Counted from the first letter of the stretch, positions 18,618 to 28,952 are shown. The stretch: DNA of 64,000 bases from Nitrosarchaeum sp. (GCA_965223865.1 OZ245020.1:1024001-1088000); one strand, 5' to 3'. Numbers and translations: made by a program. Notes: generated by a model from the letters alone, not told the origin.

Positions 18618-20708
18618 TTGAGGATACTCCTATTTGCACTGATGACAATTTTCATTTTTGGAGTTACTACTATGGCCTATGCTTCTGAACATTCAAACAC
18701 AAGCGGATACTCGGTCTCACTTGACAGGAATGTATATCCTGTGCCATTTGGAGGAATCCGAGACTTTGAAGACATAACATCTTCACATCCAGATGGCAGA
18801 TCATTGTTTCCTGTGCATCATACTGCGATAGCAGCCGAGAAAATGCAAGAAAAGCACACACTAGGACATGGTGACCTTACATTGCATATCAGAATACACG
18901 ATTCTGACTTTGACATATCATCACAAACAACAGACAAGATCTCCCAAGATATTCCTGGCAAGAGTGTTGGTCCGTTGAAGATATCAGTGTCCAGGGATTC
19001 GCAGACAATGGTGCTTGCATATGCTGGTGGCAGCACCCCGAACACCAGCGGAGTAATTGATGTCGGAGATGACAGTCCAGACAACACAAGGCAACTGGGA
19101 TCAATCTTTGAGGTTGCTCCCGAATCAGGAATATTTGAGCTGGACTTTGAAGTAAGATACACAGACGGCCCCTCCAATCCCAGATGTCCTGCAACTGTGG
19201 TATTTACTGCATTAGACTATGATGCGGCACCTGGCAGCGAAGAGTCAAGGTTTGATGTCCTGTCCTCTCCAAAGGAGAATTACTGCATTATGAAAGGAGA
19301 CATGTTAACTGTGGAATACACTAAACTAGATTCTTCTGGAAACATCATAGATGTGCTGACTGATTCTGCAACATTTGACATGAGAGACGCGTCGCTGAAA
19401 TCAGACAGGTCAATGTACATAATAGGTTCGGACATGATACTGACACTTACTGAGCCAGACCTTGATCTGGACAATGACGTTGCTGAGAGATATGACTTGG
19501 ATTTGATAGAGTGGGACTCGGATGCGGCAACGCTGACTTTGGGCGACCTTGGCGGAGAGGAGTCATCGTTTGATCCGGAACCTGCCACGTTTAGAGAAAC
19601 AGGGGACAGCACCGGCATCTTTCAGGTGGTAGTTGAGATTCCAGAAAAACTTCATGATGACTATCTGGAAAGAGGGGAGGAAATTTTGTTGGAGTACACT
19701 GACTGGAGCCCTTCTGGTGCTCAGTATGTTGGACAGGAAGATGAGGATGTAAACTGGACTCTTCACACATCAAACTTTGGTGCGACAGTTGAGCTTGACA
19801 AAAAGGCATACACCTGGACTGACAAGGTCTACATCACCATAGTTGCAAGAGACCACAACTTTGACAGTGATCTGATTGACGAGATTGGCAACTCTGATCA
19901 ATATCCTGTGACAGTATCCACTCAAGGTTTCACACTTGACAGATACAAGCTGGTCGAGACTGGTGTTGACACGGGAATTTTTACGGGAGAGGTGGCCCTG
20001 ACTGGATTTTTGCATGATGCTGATGGAAACAAGATTACAGGCAATGCAGACGGCTCTGACACCAGTCCCAAAACCTCCGGTAATGGAGCAACTGATGGAT
20101 TAATAGAGGCAACCAACAACGACAGCGTTTTCATATCCTTTACCTTTTCTGAAGATGAGACAGTAGTGGGGTCTGCCCTTATCCGATGGAATGAGGGAAA
20201 GGTAAGATGGCTTGAAGACAGTTATCCTACAAGCGGAACAGGAGTGGTCAGGGTGACTGATCCTGACATGAATCTGAATCCTGACAGAATCGACAACTTT
20301 GACATAGACGTGTGGTCTGATTCTGACCCTGGAGGAATTGACCTTACTGTAACTGAGACCGATGATTCAACTGGAATCTTTGAGGGGACTGTATTTTTTA
20401 CCACCACAGACGAGTCCTCAGGTCACAGGCTTCGAGTCATAGAAGGCGACACCCTGACTGCAGAGTATGAGGACAACACACTGCCTGAGCCATATACTCC
20501 TGCAGACGAGCAAGACATCACTGCAAAATCAATGATAATGGAGATGCCTTTATCTCCACTAAAACAGCAGCTGTCAGGAGTGCTTCCAGATGATGTTGCA
20601 TGCAAGAAAGGCCTGGAGAAAGTTTTCAGGTATGATGGCTCTGCAGCTTGTGTGAGTCCATTGACTGCAGAAAAACTGGATCATAGAGGCTGGATCACAC
20701 ACAAATGA
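18618..20708 (+). CDS. Shortened S-layer-protein-like protein with C-terminal PLKQ-Cys module
   Basis: SLDRNVYPVPFG, DLDLIEWDSDAA, RETGDSTGIFQ, TSNFGATVELD resemble the Nitrosopumilus S-layer protein as recalled; start TTG 18618 or 18603. Confidence 0.75.
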   Translation: MRILLFALMTIFIFGVTTMAYASEHSNTSGYSVSLDRNVYPVPFGGIRDFEDITSSHPDGRSLFPVHHTAIAAEKMQEKHTLGHGDLTLHIRIHDSDFDISSQTTDKISQDIPGKSVGPLKISVSRDSQTMVLAYAGGSTPNTSGVIDVGDDSPDNTRQLGSIFEVAPESGIFELDFEVRYTDGPSNPRCPATVVFTALDYDAAPGSEESRFDVLSSPKENYCIMKGDMLTVEYTKLDSSGNIIDVLTDSATFDMRDASLKSDRSMYIIGSDMILTLTEPDLDLDNDVAERYDLDLIEWDSDAATLTLGDLGGEESSFDPEPATFRETGDSTGIFQVVVEIPEKLHDDYLERGEEILLEYTDWSPSGAQYVGQEDEDVNWTLHTSNFGATVELDKKAYTWTDKVYITIVARDHNFDSDLIDEIGNSDQYPVTVSTQGFTLDRYKLVETGVDTGIFTGEVALTGFLHDADGNKITGNADGSDTSPKTSGNGATDGLIEATNNDSVFISFTFSEDETVVGSALIRWNEGKVRWLEDSYPTSGTGVVRVTDPDMNLNPDRIDNFDIDVWSDSDPGGIDLTVTETDDSTGIFEGTVFFTTTDESSGHRLRVIEGDTLTAEYEDNTLPEPYTPADEQDITAKSMIMEMPLSPLKQQLSGVLPDDVACKKGLEKVFRYDGSAACVSPLTAEKLDHRGWITHK

Positions 20709-22156
20709 ATTCCAAGATTTTGATTAGTGTTGGCGCTATTGCAGGAATTTCTATCGCAGCAGTTATGGCAATTACATTTGTTGCAACTCTTGGAGATGAT
20801 TCAGATGTATCACTGTCACCTGAAGAGATAAACAAGCTAGAACAGAGTGAAAACATTCCAAGGCAGTTCATAGAAATCACTAATGACAATCCCGAATTCT
20901 TTGAGAAATGGTGTCGTGACCAAAATGGTAACTGGGAGATTAAACAATCACAGATTGGAGGATTCTGCTATTTTGACTCTAGAACTGAAAAGATCAAGGC
21001 AGAACTTGAATGGGACAGATTGCAGCATCCAGTCATTATTGGAGATGACGCGCAGAAGATATGCCATGTTTTGGATTTGAAGTGTAATCAGGATGCAGAG
21101 TTTGAAGGATGGTTTGATGATGAAACAGGATATGTGAAACTTGATTATTCCTTGCATGACAAAGAATATTCATTTAGAATACAGGGAGACAGTATAGAAT
21201 ACTCAAGGCCTGACGTGTCAAGTTTTTGGTATTCATATGACGAGGCCTTTGATCAGCGACTTAATTTTGAACTGTCTGATAATTTCTATTTTGCAGGTAA
21301 TGAGATTCAAATATCTGGAAACGTCTTTGAGCATCCGGTAAATGATGTTGGTGATATGCCTGTAATACTTCAGGTATATTTTGGTAATGATGTGGTAGAG
21401 ATTGCCCAGATTCCTGTCTCTTCTAACGATCGATTTTCCCATCAGATAAAGACAGAAGGCCCGCAATGGCAACAGAGTGGTCGTTATACTGCTGTGGTCT
21501 CATTTGATTCTGGAAAGATGGAAAAAGACTTTGGGTTTTCCACATACTATGTTGGCAAGCCAACAAAATATTTCACAGACCTTGACTCTGGTGATTATGA
21601 GGAGTTGTGCGGTTATCCTGTAACCCATAAGATGCAGCAAGAGTTTTTGGAATCATGGAAGGCAAGACACGATGACAAGGATCCATTCCTTACAATCAGA
21701 CAGGGCACTTTCTCCCATGTTGAACGCTCTCAGTATCTGACTGCCATGCCAATTCTTCACTATTGGTATGACCTGAAAAATGGACAGCAGATCTATTTTG
21801 GCATGGAAGCATGCAGTCTTGACAGAATGTTGTTCAGGGCAGAGCCTGGTCCAAACTGGGAACCACCAAAAGAGTTTGAGATTGATGGCATTACATATGT
21901 GGAGTTGGAGGCTCCTGGAAGGCCATTGATCTACAAGGATACTTTGCTTCCAGTTCTGGATACAGATAACTGCAAACGAGTTGCAGACGAATACACAAAA
22001 CAACAAAGTCAAAAGATATACCTTCGCGAAAACACTTTTTCTGAAAGGGATTGGGAAAATCAAGTTTTCCCTCTGATGGACTATTGTACTGATATTGGGG
22101 AGTACGAGTCAAATACCCGTGATGGAAACATATCGTGGAATTTTATTCTGAAATGA
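20705..22156 (+). CDS. Membrane-anchored protein (shares domains with 46724-47932)
   Basis: N-terminal TM; GPQWQQSGRY, DYEELCGYPVT. Confidence 0.85.
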   Translation: MNSKILISVGAIAGISIAAVMAITFVATLGDDSDVSLSPEEINKLEQSENIPRQFIEITNDNPEFFEKWCRDQNGNWEIKQSQIGGFCYFDSRTEKIKAELEWDRLQHPVIIGDDAQKICHVLDLKCNQDAEFEGWFDDETGYVKLDYSLHDKEYSFRIQGDSIEYSRPDVSSFWYSYDEAFDQRLNFELSDNFYFAGNEIQISGNVFEHPVNDVGDMPVILQVYFGNDVVEIAQIPVSSNDRFSHQIKTEGPQWQQSGRYTAVVSFDSGKMEKDFGFSTYYVGKPTKYFTDLDSGDYEELCGYPVTHKMQQEFLESWKARHDDKDPFLTIRQGTFSHVERSQYLTAMPILHYWYDLKNGQQIYFGMEACSLDRMLFRAEPGPNWEPPKEFEIDGITYVELEAPGRPLIYKDTLLPVLDTDNCKRVADEYTKQQSQKIYLRENTFSERDWENQVFPLMDYCTDIGEYESNTRDGNISWNFILK

Positions 22157-22174
22157 AATCAAGTTGCAAAACAT

Positions 22175-22191
22175 CAGAAGAACTTATGAAC
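22175..22191 (+). promoter_or_regulatory. AGAAGAACTTATGAA motif
   Basis: CAGAAGAACTTATGAAC, 34 nt before ATG 22218. Confidence 0.6.
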
Positions 22192-22217
22192 ATCACACAT
22201 GACCCATAATTGATGCA

Positions 22218-22685
22218 ATGAGCATAGAAAAACTTGGAAAGATTGGAATCAGCGTCGGCATAGCAGTTGGAGTGTTGGTGATATTCATGATTGGCGCGGC
22301 AATTCCTGACACGATTGAACGCTACCATCCTCAGCCACACTTGGTAACTCAGTTTGATCAAACCACAAATGAATATGATATAGATGCTGAATTTTTGATG
22401 AGCAAATTTAACCAGACAGAGGCATATTCAGTTTTTGTCCATCGATATCCTGATCATGTGTCTAACTTGGATGTGCATGAACATGGAGGATATCTCAGAC
22501 TGATTGCAGTAAATACGGATAGAAACAATGTCTTAGAGCTAAGACTGAATATGAATGCAGGAGACAACTGGAGACTAGAACAAGATGCAGAATGCCAAAT
22601 AGGTGCCAGCACAGACAGGGGAGAGATACGTGCAAGAAATTCTGCAGTTGTGGAGTTTATCAAAAAGACAGATTGTATTGAGTGA
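22218..22685 (+). CDS. Membrane-anchored hypothetical protein
   Basis: N-terminal TM; 155 aa. Confidence 0.8.
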   Translation: MSIEKLGKIGISVGIAVGVLVIFMIGAAIPDTIERYHPQPHLVTQFDQTTNEYDIDAEFLMSKFNQTEAYSVFVHRYPDHVSNLDVHEHGGYLRLIAVNTDRNNVLELRLNMNAGDNWRLEQDAECQIGASTDRGEIRARNSAVVEFIKKTDCIE

Positions 22686-22721
22686 TGATAGCAACAGGTG
22701 TAAATGCTGAAAAACAATAAA

Positions 22722-23246
22722 ATGAAAACCAAATTTTTGAAAATTCAGTCAAGTGAGAAAAAGACCGTCTGTTTTATCATAGGTCTCTTTGTCCTCAATG
22801 CCTTTGGACTAATTCCAGTTGGAGTCATTGGCGCATATACTGCAGAGCCCATGAAAATAACTTCAAGTGAAACACTAGAGGATGGAACCATCAAAGAAAC
22901 AACAAATCTAAAGTATTACACTGAAGGATTATCTGAGAACATCCAATCCAATGTCTATGAATTTTTTAGATATTCGCTCCCGCTTGCCATGTCAGGATAT
23001 TTTCTAGTCACACCTCCTGACTTTACACATGATTACATTGGAGTTGTAGTGTGGATATTGGCATTTGCATCAATTCCACTTGCAATAAGATACACTGCAA
23101 AATTTCCAAGGTGGCACAGAATAGTCTACGTTTATCTCATTGCAGTACAGATATCGGGAATGTGGGCACTGCACCATATCAATTTTGAATGCATTTCACT
23201 TATCGACTATCCAATTAGACCAGGTCCCCCTTGTAAGGTAATATAG
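22722..23246 (+). CDS. Multi-pass membrane protein
   Basis: Start moved to MKTKFL; several hydrophobic segments. Confidence 0.75.
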   Translation: MKTKFLKIQSSEKKTVCFIIGLFVLNAFGLIPVGVIGAYTAEPMKITSSETLEDGTIKETTNLKYYTEGLSENIQSNVYEFFRYSLPLAMSGYFLVTPPDFTHDYIGVVVWILAFASIPLAIRYTAKFPRWHRIVYVYLIAVQISGMWALHHINFECISLIDYPIRPGPPCKVI

Positions 23247-23249
23247 AAA

Positions 23250-23669
23250 ATGAATACTAGAAACAAAATAATATTGATTGCAGTAATTGCCATTATTGCA
23301 ACATTTGTGATAAACTCAGCTATCCCTGGAATATTATTTAGAATGCAAGACAATCTTGGGTTGATTCTATACACTTGCACGCTTGGAATAGAGCGTACTG
23401 GTCCATTAATGCTAATTTCTTATAACAATGGAACACATACCATTGATGAAAATTCCTGTGCTTGGATAAAAAATCCTGGTTACAAACCTGCTTCAATGGA
23501 ACATCAAGAAATTAATGAAATGTCTTGTCAAGAACTTTTAGAAAGACATGCTGCAGGTGACCCTTATCAAAATAAAGAAAACAAGATATTTGCAGAATCA
23601 AAGATCTCAAACTGTAATTTTGTAGATGGCTGGTCTGAAGCACAGAAAAAGGTTGATGATTGGAAATAA
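23250..23669 (+). CDS. Membrane-anchored hypothetical protein
   Basis: MNTRNKII TM; starts in junction motif. Confidence 0.8.
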   Translation: MNTRNKIILIAVIAIIATFVINSAIPGILFRMQDNLGLILYTCTLGIERTGPLMLISYNNGTHTIDENSCAWIKNPGYKPASMEHQEINEMSCQELLERHAAGDPYQNKENKIFAESKISNCNFVDGWSEAQKKVDDWK

Positions 23670-23672
23670 GAA

Positions 23673-24175
23673 ATGACGACCAGAGAAATGCTAACCCTGT
23701 GTTTTGCCTTGATGATCATAGTTGGCATCAACCTTAATTTTGTTTTTTACCAAAACATTGTCCCTCCACTGTATATGTCAATGGACCATCTAGATGGGGG
23801 TCATTGGCTCATCTGATCCTGAATTGATTCGGACTCATCTTGCAGGATTAAAACAAGAGTTAAAGAGTATAATGCAGAGTCTGCCTGAAGGCAAGAATCC
23901 GGTCTGGTTTTATCCAACAGAGTCGACCAATTTTCTTAGAATTGAAAGTGACGTAAACACCATGATCACAAGCGTTGAAAAGATTTCTGCATTTCCAAAG
24001 GATACTCTTGCATATCATACTGGAATTATGGATATCAGCAGCAGGGCCTCATTAATCAAAGAAAACCTGTCAGATGCCAAGAGGTTTTCTGTATGCAAGT
24101 GCAACAAATGTAGTTTTTACCCTGATATGGCCGGCCGGTGCTATGGAATTTGCAAAGATATGGATTAGAGAATGA
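23673..24175 (+). pseudogene. Frameshifted paralog of 37813-38322
   Basis: MTTREML.. frame breaks at GGGGG 23796-23800; SSDPE..NPVWFYPT matches the paralog; a second shift near 24078 restores a hydrophobic C-terminus ending ATGA at 24172-24175. Confidence 0.7.
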
Positions 24176-24340
24176 AAACAGGTAAAAAAATGTTAATTGA
24201 ATTTATTGGCAAACACAATAAACTGCTCTTGTGAGAAAAAGCAGTGCATGATAGGACTTGCAAGTATCACAATAGGTGTTGGCGGGTTTATCTTGGCATC
24301 TTTGCTCTAAACACTTCCTTTCTTCTGACATTATAATTAA

Positions 24341-24358
24341 TTAGAAGAACTTATGAAT
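24341..24358 (+). promoter_or_regulatory. AGAAGAACTTATGAA motif
   Basis: TTAGAAGAACTTATGAAT, 29 nt before ATG 24380. Confidence 0.65.
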
Positions 24359-24379
24359 CTCATAGTTAAGACTAGTCAG

Positions 24380-24697
24380 ATGACAAAGATTGATTGTGCA
24401 CAAAACACTGAGCTTGCAGAAGAGATTGCAGAATTTCTACAGGAAAAGAATTTTTCAATAACATGCGAAAATGATCTGCTGATTACAAATGCAAGACTTT
24501 CAAAATCATTGCTTGAGTTATTTCTTGAAAAAACTGACAGGACCAGACACAAAATCACGCTTGTCGAACCAGATACTTTCCTGATTGCAATTCCTGTAAA
24601 GATGGAGGAAATCGGATTAGAGTCTTGTGAATTTTGCGGGTATACGAGCCACCATGATCTAGTTGAAGTTCATAGAAGGACACACCAAGGCTTGTAG
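24380..24697 (+). CDS. Small protein with C-terminal C2H2-type zinc finger
   Basis: CEFCGY...HRRTH; start moved to MTKIDC. Confidence 0.75.
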   Translation: MTKIDCAQNTELAEEIAEFLQEKNFSITCENDLLITNARLSKSLLELFLEKTDRTRHKITLVEPDTFLIAIPVKMEEIGLESCEFCGYTSHHDLVEVHRRTHQGL

Positions 24698-24700
24698 AAA

Positions 24701-25642
24701 ATGAAGACTAGGTTCTTGATGATTGTTCTTGTATTTGCAGGTATTTTTGGAACCGTTTATGCTGTTCCAGAGCCTGATCCTGAACACAGCTTTAGATATT
24801 CTGAAATTGTTATTGAGGGCAGGATTTTGTCAGTCAGCATTATTTCTGAGCCCATAATTTACAGAACTGAAGACACTTACTATGAGCAATCAGGAATTGC
24901 AGTTTATGATGTGCAAGTTGTAAAGTCCCTAAAGAACCCTGGTAATGTCAAAACGATTACTGTTGCAGGATATTTCTTAAGAGAACCTCATCCTATGGCC
25001 TATGAGACTTATCCATATGAAGTTGGACAAAAGGTACTGTTGTATTTGCAAGAAAATACTCATGGAGATGGAAATACAGATTTGATTATTCGCTCCAGCA
25101 CTTCAAAGATAGTTGCAGAACCTGATTCTGATTTGGAATCATTGCCTCCTTGTAAGAGTGGACCTTCCCCAGGAAGAAATTTTGTTTTCTTTGATTGTAA
25201 TTGGGTTGAGGTTCCGGATCATTGGAAGTTTGAAAATGGAAAGTGGCAAGAAGATCCATCTGTACTAAAACTTGGACCCGAACCTGATCCCGTATGTCCA
25301 GAAGTTGCTGTTTGTACCTGTCCAGGAAAATACAACTACTACAATTCCACTGACAATCGATGCTACTCTTCACCGTACATTCCGACATCTTATCAGAATG
25401 CATGTAAGCAGTATGCGCAACTTGACTTTGCAGGATGGGCCTTTAATGAAAACACGTGTGACTGGGTTTCTGCCTCTAACCCATACACTGATGATGAAAG
25501 ATTACGTCTGGCGTCTGAGAAGGTAGAACCAGGAGGTCTTGGCATCGATCCTGTCTTTGATGCAAGTACTATTATCGTTGGTGTGTTGATTGGAGCAAGT
25601 GTTGTAGTTGGCATAACATACTACTGGAGAAAAAGAAGATGA
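24701..25642 (+). CDS. Secreted Cys/Pro-rich protein with C-terminal TM anchor
   Basis: MKTRFL signal; N-domain resembles 2538-4346; ends in TM + WRKRR. Confidence 0.85.
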   Translation: MKTRFLMIVLVFAGIFGTVYAVPEPDPEHSFRYSEIVIEGRILSVSIISEPIIYRTEDTYYEQSGIAVYDVQVVKSLKNPGNVKTITVAGYFLREPHPMAYETYPYEVGQKVLLYLQENTHGDGNTDLIIRSSTSKIVAEPDSDLESLPPCKSGPSPGRNFVFFDCNWVEVPDHWKFENGKWQEDPSVLKLGPEPDPVCPEVAVCTCPGKYNYYNSTDNRCYSSPYIPTSYQNACKQYAQLDFAGWAFNENTCDWVSASNPYTDDERLRLASEKVEPGGLGIDPVFDASTIIVGVLIGASVVVGITYYWRKRR

Positions 25643-26898
25643 AAACTGGAACTTTGATAATTGTTGGTGTAATTGCAATATTTGCAGTGTTTTTTGTACC
25701 TGTAAATGGTTTTTCTGAAGATAATTTTGATATTGGGAGATTTAGCTATTTTCATTACGGGGAAAAATTTTACCAATACAAGTACTATCCATTTGGCACG
25801 TTAGCAAGTGAGTCTTCTAGCAGATGCTATTTTACATCCGATTTTGTTCTTGATAAAAATTCTTTTTCAGAGCCAGGACATGTCATGTACAAATTTCCTA
25901 ATGACATGGTCTGGCCTGGCGGATATGCAAATAGCACATTTTTTGTCATGAGTTCACCCTCATTTAACTTTCCTGAAGATAACAACTTTGAGAGGATAAT
26001 TCCAACCAAAACTGAAGAAGGCAGTATAGTTTTAGAGTTCAATCTTGTGCCCGGACTCAACACATTTCTTGCAAACTCTACTGCTTTTTGGGACTCTCAA
26101 AAATCACAGATAATTGATTGCCCAAACCCATTTGATTATGAAAGACAAGATTATGGATATTATGACTTTGTGTATCCTCTTAAGGTTCAGCAGGACCGTG
26201 CAATGATTTTTGATTTGGACAAAGGTGATTTTTTGTGCAAACCAGAATTTGTTTTAATCAAAAAATATGATGGCTCTCCCGCATGTGTAAGGGAACAAAC
26301 TGCTCCAAAACTAACTGATAAAGAAGAAAGATCAGGTTGGAATGTAAGTGAACAGTTGTGGGAGTCGCTATCAAAGAATATGAATGAATATTATTCTGAT
26401 GATAACTGTCCAAGGCATTGTCTTATCTTTGATGAAAAATATGTTGTAAATGGGATAGAACAAACTTTAGGAAAAACAATTGGACTGCCAAAACTTTTGC
26501 CGGACGGTTATGACCATTTTCAATTTCATCATAGAGACACGTATTCTGTAGTTCAAATTTCTCCCAATTCTATTTCTTTGGATACATCTTGGAATGATTT
26601 TTACTGGGAAGATAATGGAATATTTCTATTATTTTCTGAAACCCCTGTAACTGTTGATGGAAGGACCCAAACTGAATACTGGGCAAAAAACAACGATGCA
26701 CAAAAACTAGATTTGATTACATCTGATGAACATGTGTATATCAAAGAAAGAGGAATTTTTTATGATGATAAACTTGACATTCTTTATCCAACATTTACAG
26801 AAGCCAAATTTAATTATGGAGACCTAACAATTACAGTAACAGGTTATGTTTCAAGTGAAGAAATGTTTAGAATAGTGAATTCATTTTTTGAAAAATAA
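25639..26898 (+). CDS. Secreted mosaic protein with Cys module
   Basis: MKTGTL; KKYDGSPACV; N-domain shared with 28992, C-domain with 7987. Confidence 0.85.
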   Translation: MKTGTLIIVGVIAIFAVFFVPVNGFSEDNFDIGRFSYFHYGEKFYQYKYYPFGTLASESSSRCYFTSDFVLDKNSFSEPGHVMYKFPNDMVWPGGYANSTFFVMSSPSFNFPEDNNFERIIPTKTEEGSIVLEFNLVPGLNTFLANSTAFWDSQKSQIIDCPNPFDYERQDYGYYDFVYPLKVQQDRAMIFDLDKGDFLCKPEFVLIKKYDGSPACVREQTAPKLTDKEERSGWNVSEQLWESLSKNMNEYYSDDNCPRHCLIFDEKYVVNGIEQTLGKTIGLPKLLPDGYDHFQFHHRDTYSVVQISPNSISLDTSWNDFYWEDNGIFLLFSETPVTVDGRTQTEYWAKNNDAQKLDLITSDEHVYIKERGIFYDDKLDILYPTFTEAKFNYGDLTITVTGYVSSEEMFRIVNSFFEK

Positions 26899-26916
26899 TT
26901 GTTGATTAAATAGAAA

Positions 26917-27480
26917 ATGAAAACTAGACGTCTAGAGAATTTACGAAAAAGAATAATTCTGGTAATCTTGGGAATTGTTGCATCCTATTTTGGAATTATA
27001 CCATTAGGCATGTTTTATCATATGTTTACATCTTTTTCATCATCTGATCCTGTATTCTCATACTTTTTCTTTAACGGTGCAAGAATCGGGATTATGGTAT
27101 TGTTTTTGTATTTTGCACTAGTACGTGTAAAACCATCACTTGTTCCACAACAAGAAAAATACAGAAAACTTGTCCTGCTTGCAATATTTGTGATTGTTGC
27201 ACTTGCTGTTTGTCTGCCAAGCGGATATGTCATTCCTCAACTAGAACAAGGCGGATGTATCACAAAATCCGGAAACTATAATGATGATGGTAATTTTGGC
27301 GGTTCTTCATCCCAGGGGATAACAACTGAATCTGAATGTATTGACAATTGTGTATTTTCTGGCAAGTTTAACACCCGAGAAGAAAAGTTTTGCGAGTTTA
27401 AGGGAGTATTTGGAAAAACACAATGGGTACAAACTCCTGCTGATTTTGAGACTCCAGTATTTGGTGAAATTGTAAAATGA
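26917..27480 (+). CDS. Membrane protein
   Basis: MKTRRL; 3 TM segments and Cys-containing tail. Confidence 0.8.
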   Translation: MKTRRLENLRKRIILVILGIVASYFGIIPLGMFYHMFTSFSSSDPVFSYFFFNGARIGIMVLFLYFALVRVKPSLVPQQEKYRKLVLLAIFVIVALAVCLPSGYVIPQLEQGGCITKSGNYNDDGNFGGSSSQGITTESECIDNCVFSGKFNTREEKFCEFKGVFGKTQWVQTPADFETPVFGEIVK

Positions 27481-27743
27481 AAATACTTTTGGCAATCATT
27501 GGAATTTCTTTATTATTTGTAATTTCAACTAGTGTTGTATTGTGGCCTGAATACGGAATGGTTTGCAACAATGCCGTAACGAAACATCTCCAAAAACATT
27601 CCAATCTGTTTGATGAAAATACTACTCATGAAACATATGCCATACAGGACATTGGATTTCCGTTTGGAGTGCATTCTTGGAACGTTCAAGAGTGTGTAAA
27701 TTATACATTTGAACAGCGCATCACAAAGGATGATGTAAAATGA
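27477..27743 (+). CDS. Small exported protein
   Basis: Signal-like N-terminus; ATGA overlaps at both ends. Confidence 0.75.
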   Translation: MKILLAIIGISLLFVISTSVVLWPEYGMVCNNAVTKHLQKHSNLFDENTTHETYAIQDIGFPFGVHSWNVQECVNYTFEQRITKDDVK

Positions 27744-28402
27744 AAGATAGTACCAAGAATGCTTCTTATGCAATTCTGTCTGTTATAATCGTCCTGCCTG
27801 CAATTTTTCTTGTCAGCGATTACATCTACTTTCAAGAGCCGTTATCAAGAGTAGCATTGTATCCGGATGATCCTATGTGTGACAAAGACTGCACTGAACA
27901 AGTCTCTGACGGATACAAGTGTACCGAGATAAAACAAGATGAATATGTGTGCAGAAAGCAACGCGGATTTTCCATTGGAGATGATGCTGTTTTCTATCAT
28001 TCAGCAGGGCCAATTTCCTATGGTGAAATCGTATCATTTCCAGAGGGGAAGTTTGAGGATATCTGGTTTAACATATACAATGTGAGAGTAATCGATAAAA
28101 ACTCAAAGACAATACAGGTCGATTTTGTCGAATCTGAAGATTCTTCTAGTGTGATATACAGTGCAAAGCTCAAACCGAATGACTCTTTTCTTTCATGCAT
28201 AAACCCGTGGAAATCTACACATCTTGTGTACTACACAGATCTATACGAGTATGAAAGCAAGACATATGCAGAATTCTGGGGACTTCATCCATACGCCCCT
28301 CCAGAGTTATTTCCCTGTGACATGCCAAAGATACTGGAATACTCATTGAGGACAGACTATGACATCTTGCTGCCAGAATATGAAAAGTTTGGATTTGATT
28401 AG
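27740..28402 (+). CDS. Membrane-anchored protein (paralog of 6278-7030)
   Basis: TIQVDF..FW..CDMPKILEYS vs SIQVTF..FW..CQYPSIIKDS. Confidence 0.8.
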   Translation: MKDSTKNASYAILSVIIVLPAIFLVSDYIYFQEPLSRVALYPDDPMCDKDCTEQVSDGYKCTEIKQDEYVCRKQRGFSIGDDAVFYHSAGPISYGEIVSFPEGKFEDIWFNIYNVRVIDKNSKTIQVDFVESEDSSSVIYSAKLKPNDSFLSCINPWKSTHLVYYTDLYEYESKTYAEFWGLHPYAPPELFPCDMPKILEYSLRTDYDILLPEYEKFGFD

Positions 28403-28425
28403 AAAATATCCAATATACAAAATAT

Positions 28426-28442
28426 CAGAATCACTTATGAAC
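28426..28442 (+). promoter_or_regulatory. Variant AGAAGAACTTATGAA motif
   Basis: CAGAATCACTTATGAAC, 32 nt before ATG 28467 of a 27-aa remnant ORF. Confidence 0.55.
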
Positions 28443-28546
28443 ATGCTACATGGCGTCTAGTTGAGCATGAAGCACTTGTTGATTTTTCTTATTTTGTTCA
28501 GTATTACGGTCAAAACCCCGCAAGACATTGAAGAGTTTGAATGCAT

Positions 28547-28822
28547 ATGAATAGCAAATTCACTATAATCAGGAAAACAAACTCAATTCCGTTGTTTGTT
28601 CTGGGAGGACTATCGTTGCTTATGATTCTGATTAATGCAGAAGCGTACTATTTTGGAATCAAGTTCAACGGACTTACCGCATTGTTGTTTGTAGGTTCCA
28701 TTGGATTGGTTGGAATTGTTCTTGGCATTTTTCATGGTGCAAATAAAAGAAAAGCAGACATCCCAGTTGTTATCTGGTATGTTATATTTACATCAGTAAT
28801 TGTAGGAAACCAGCTGTTTTGA
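28547..28822 (+). CDS. Small membrane protein
   Basis: 3 hydrophobic segments; start MNSKF. Confidence 0.7.
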   Translation: MNSKFTIIRKTNSIPLFVLGGLSLLMILINAEAYYFGIKFNGLTALLFVGSIGLVGIVLGIFHGANKRKADIPVVIWYVIFTSVIVGNQLF

Positions 28823-28952
28823 AAACAAGTGGTGATACTCTTGCAGATTAGTACTGCTTTATGGTGATTGATTTTGGATTTATCTTTGGTATTATTTTTT
28901 GGAGAGATAAAAAATGAATACTAGATTCTAACTAGACTGTAAAAGAGCAAAA

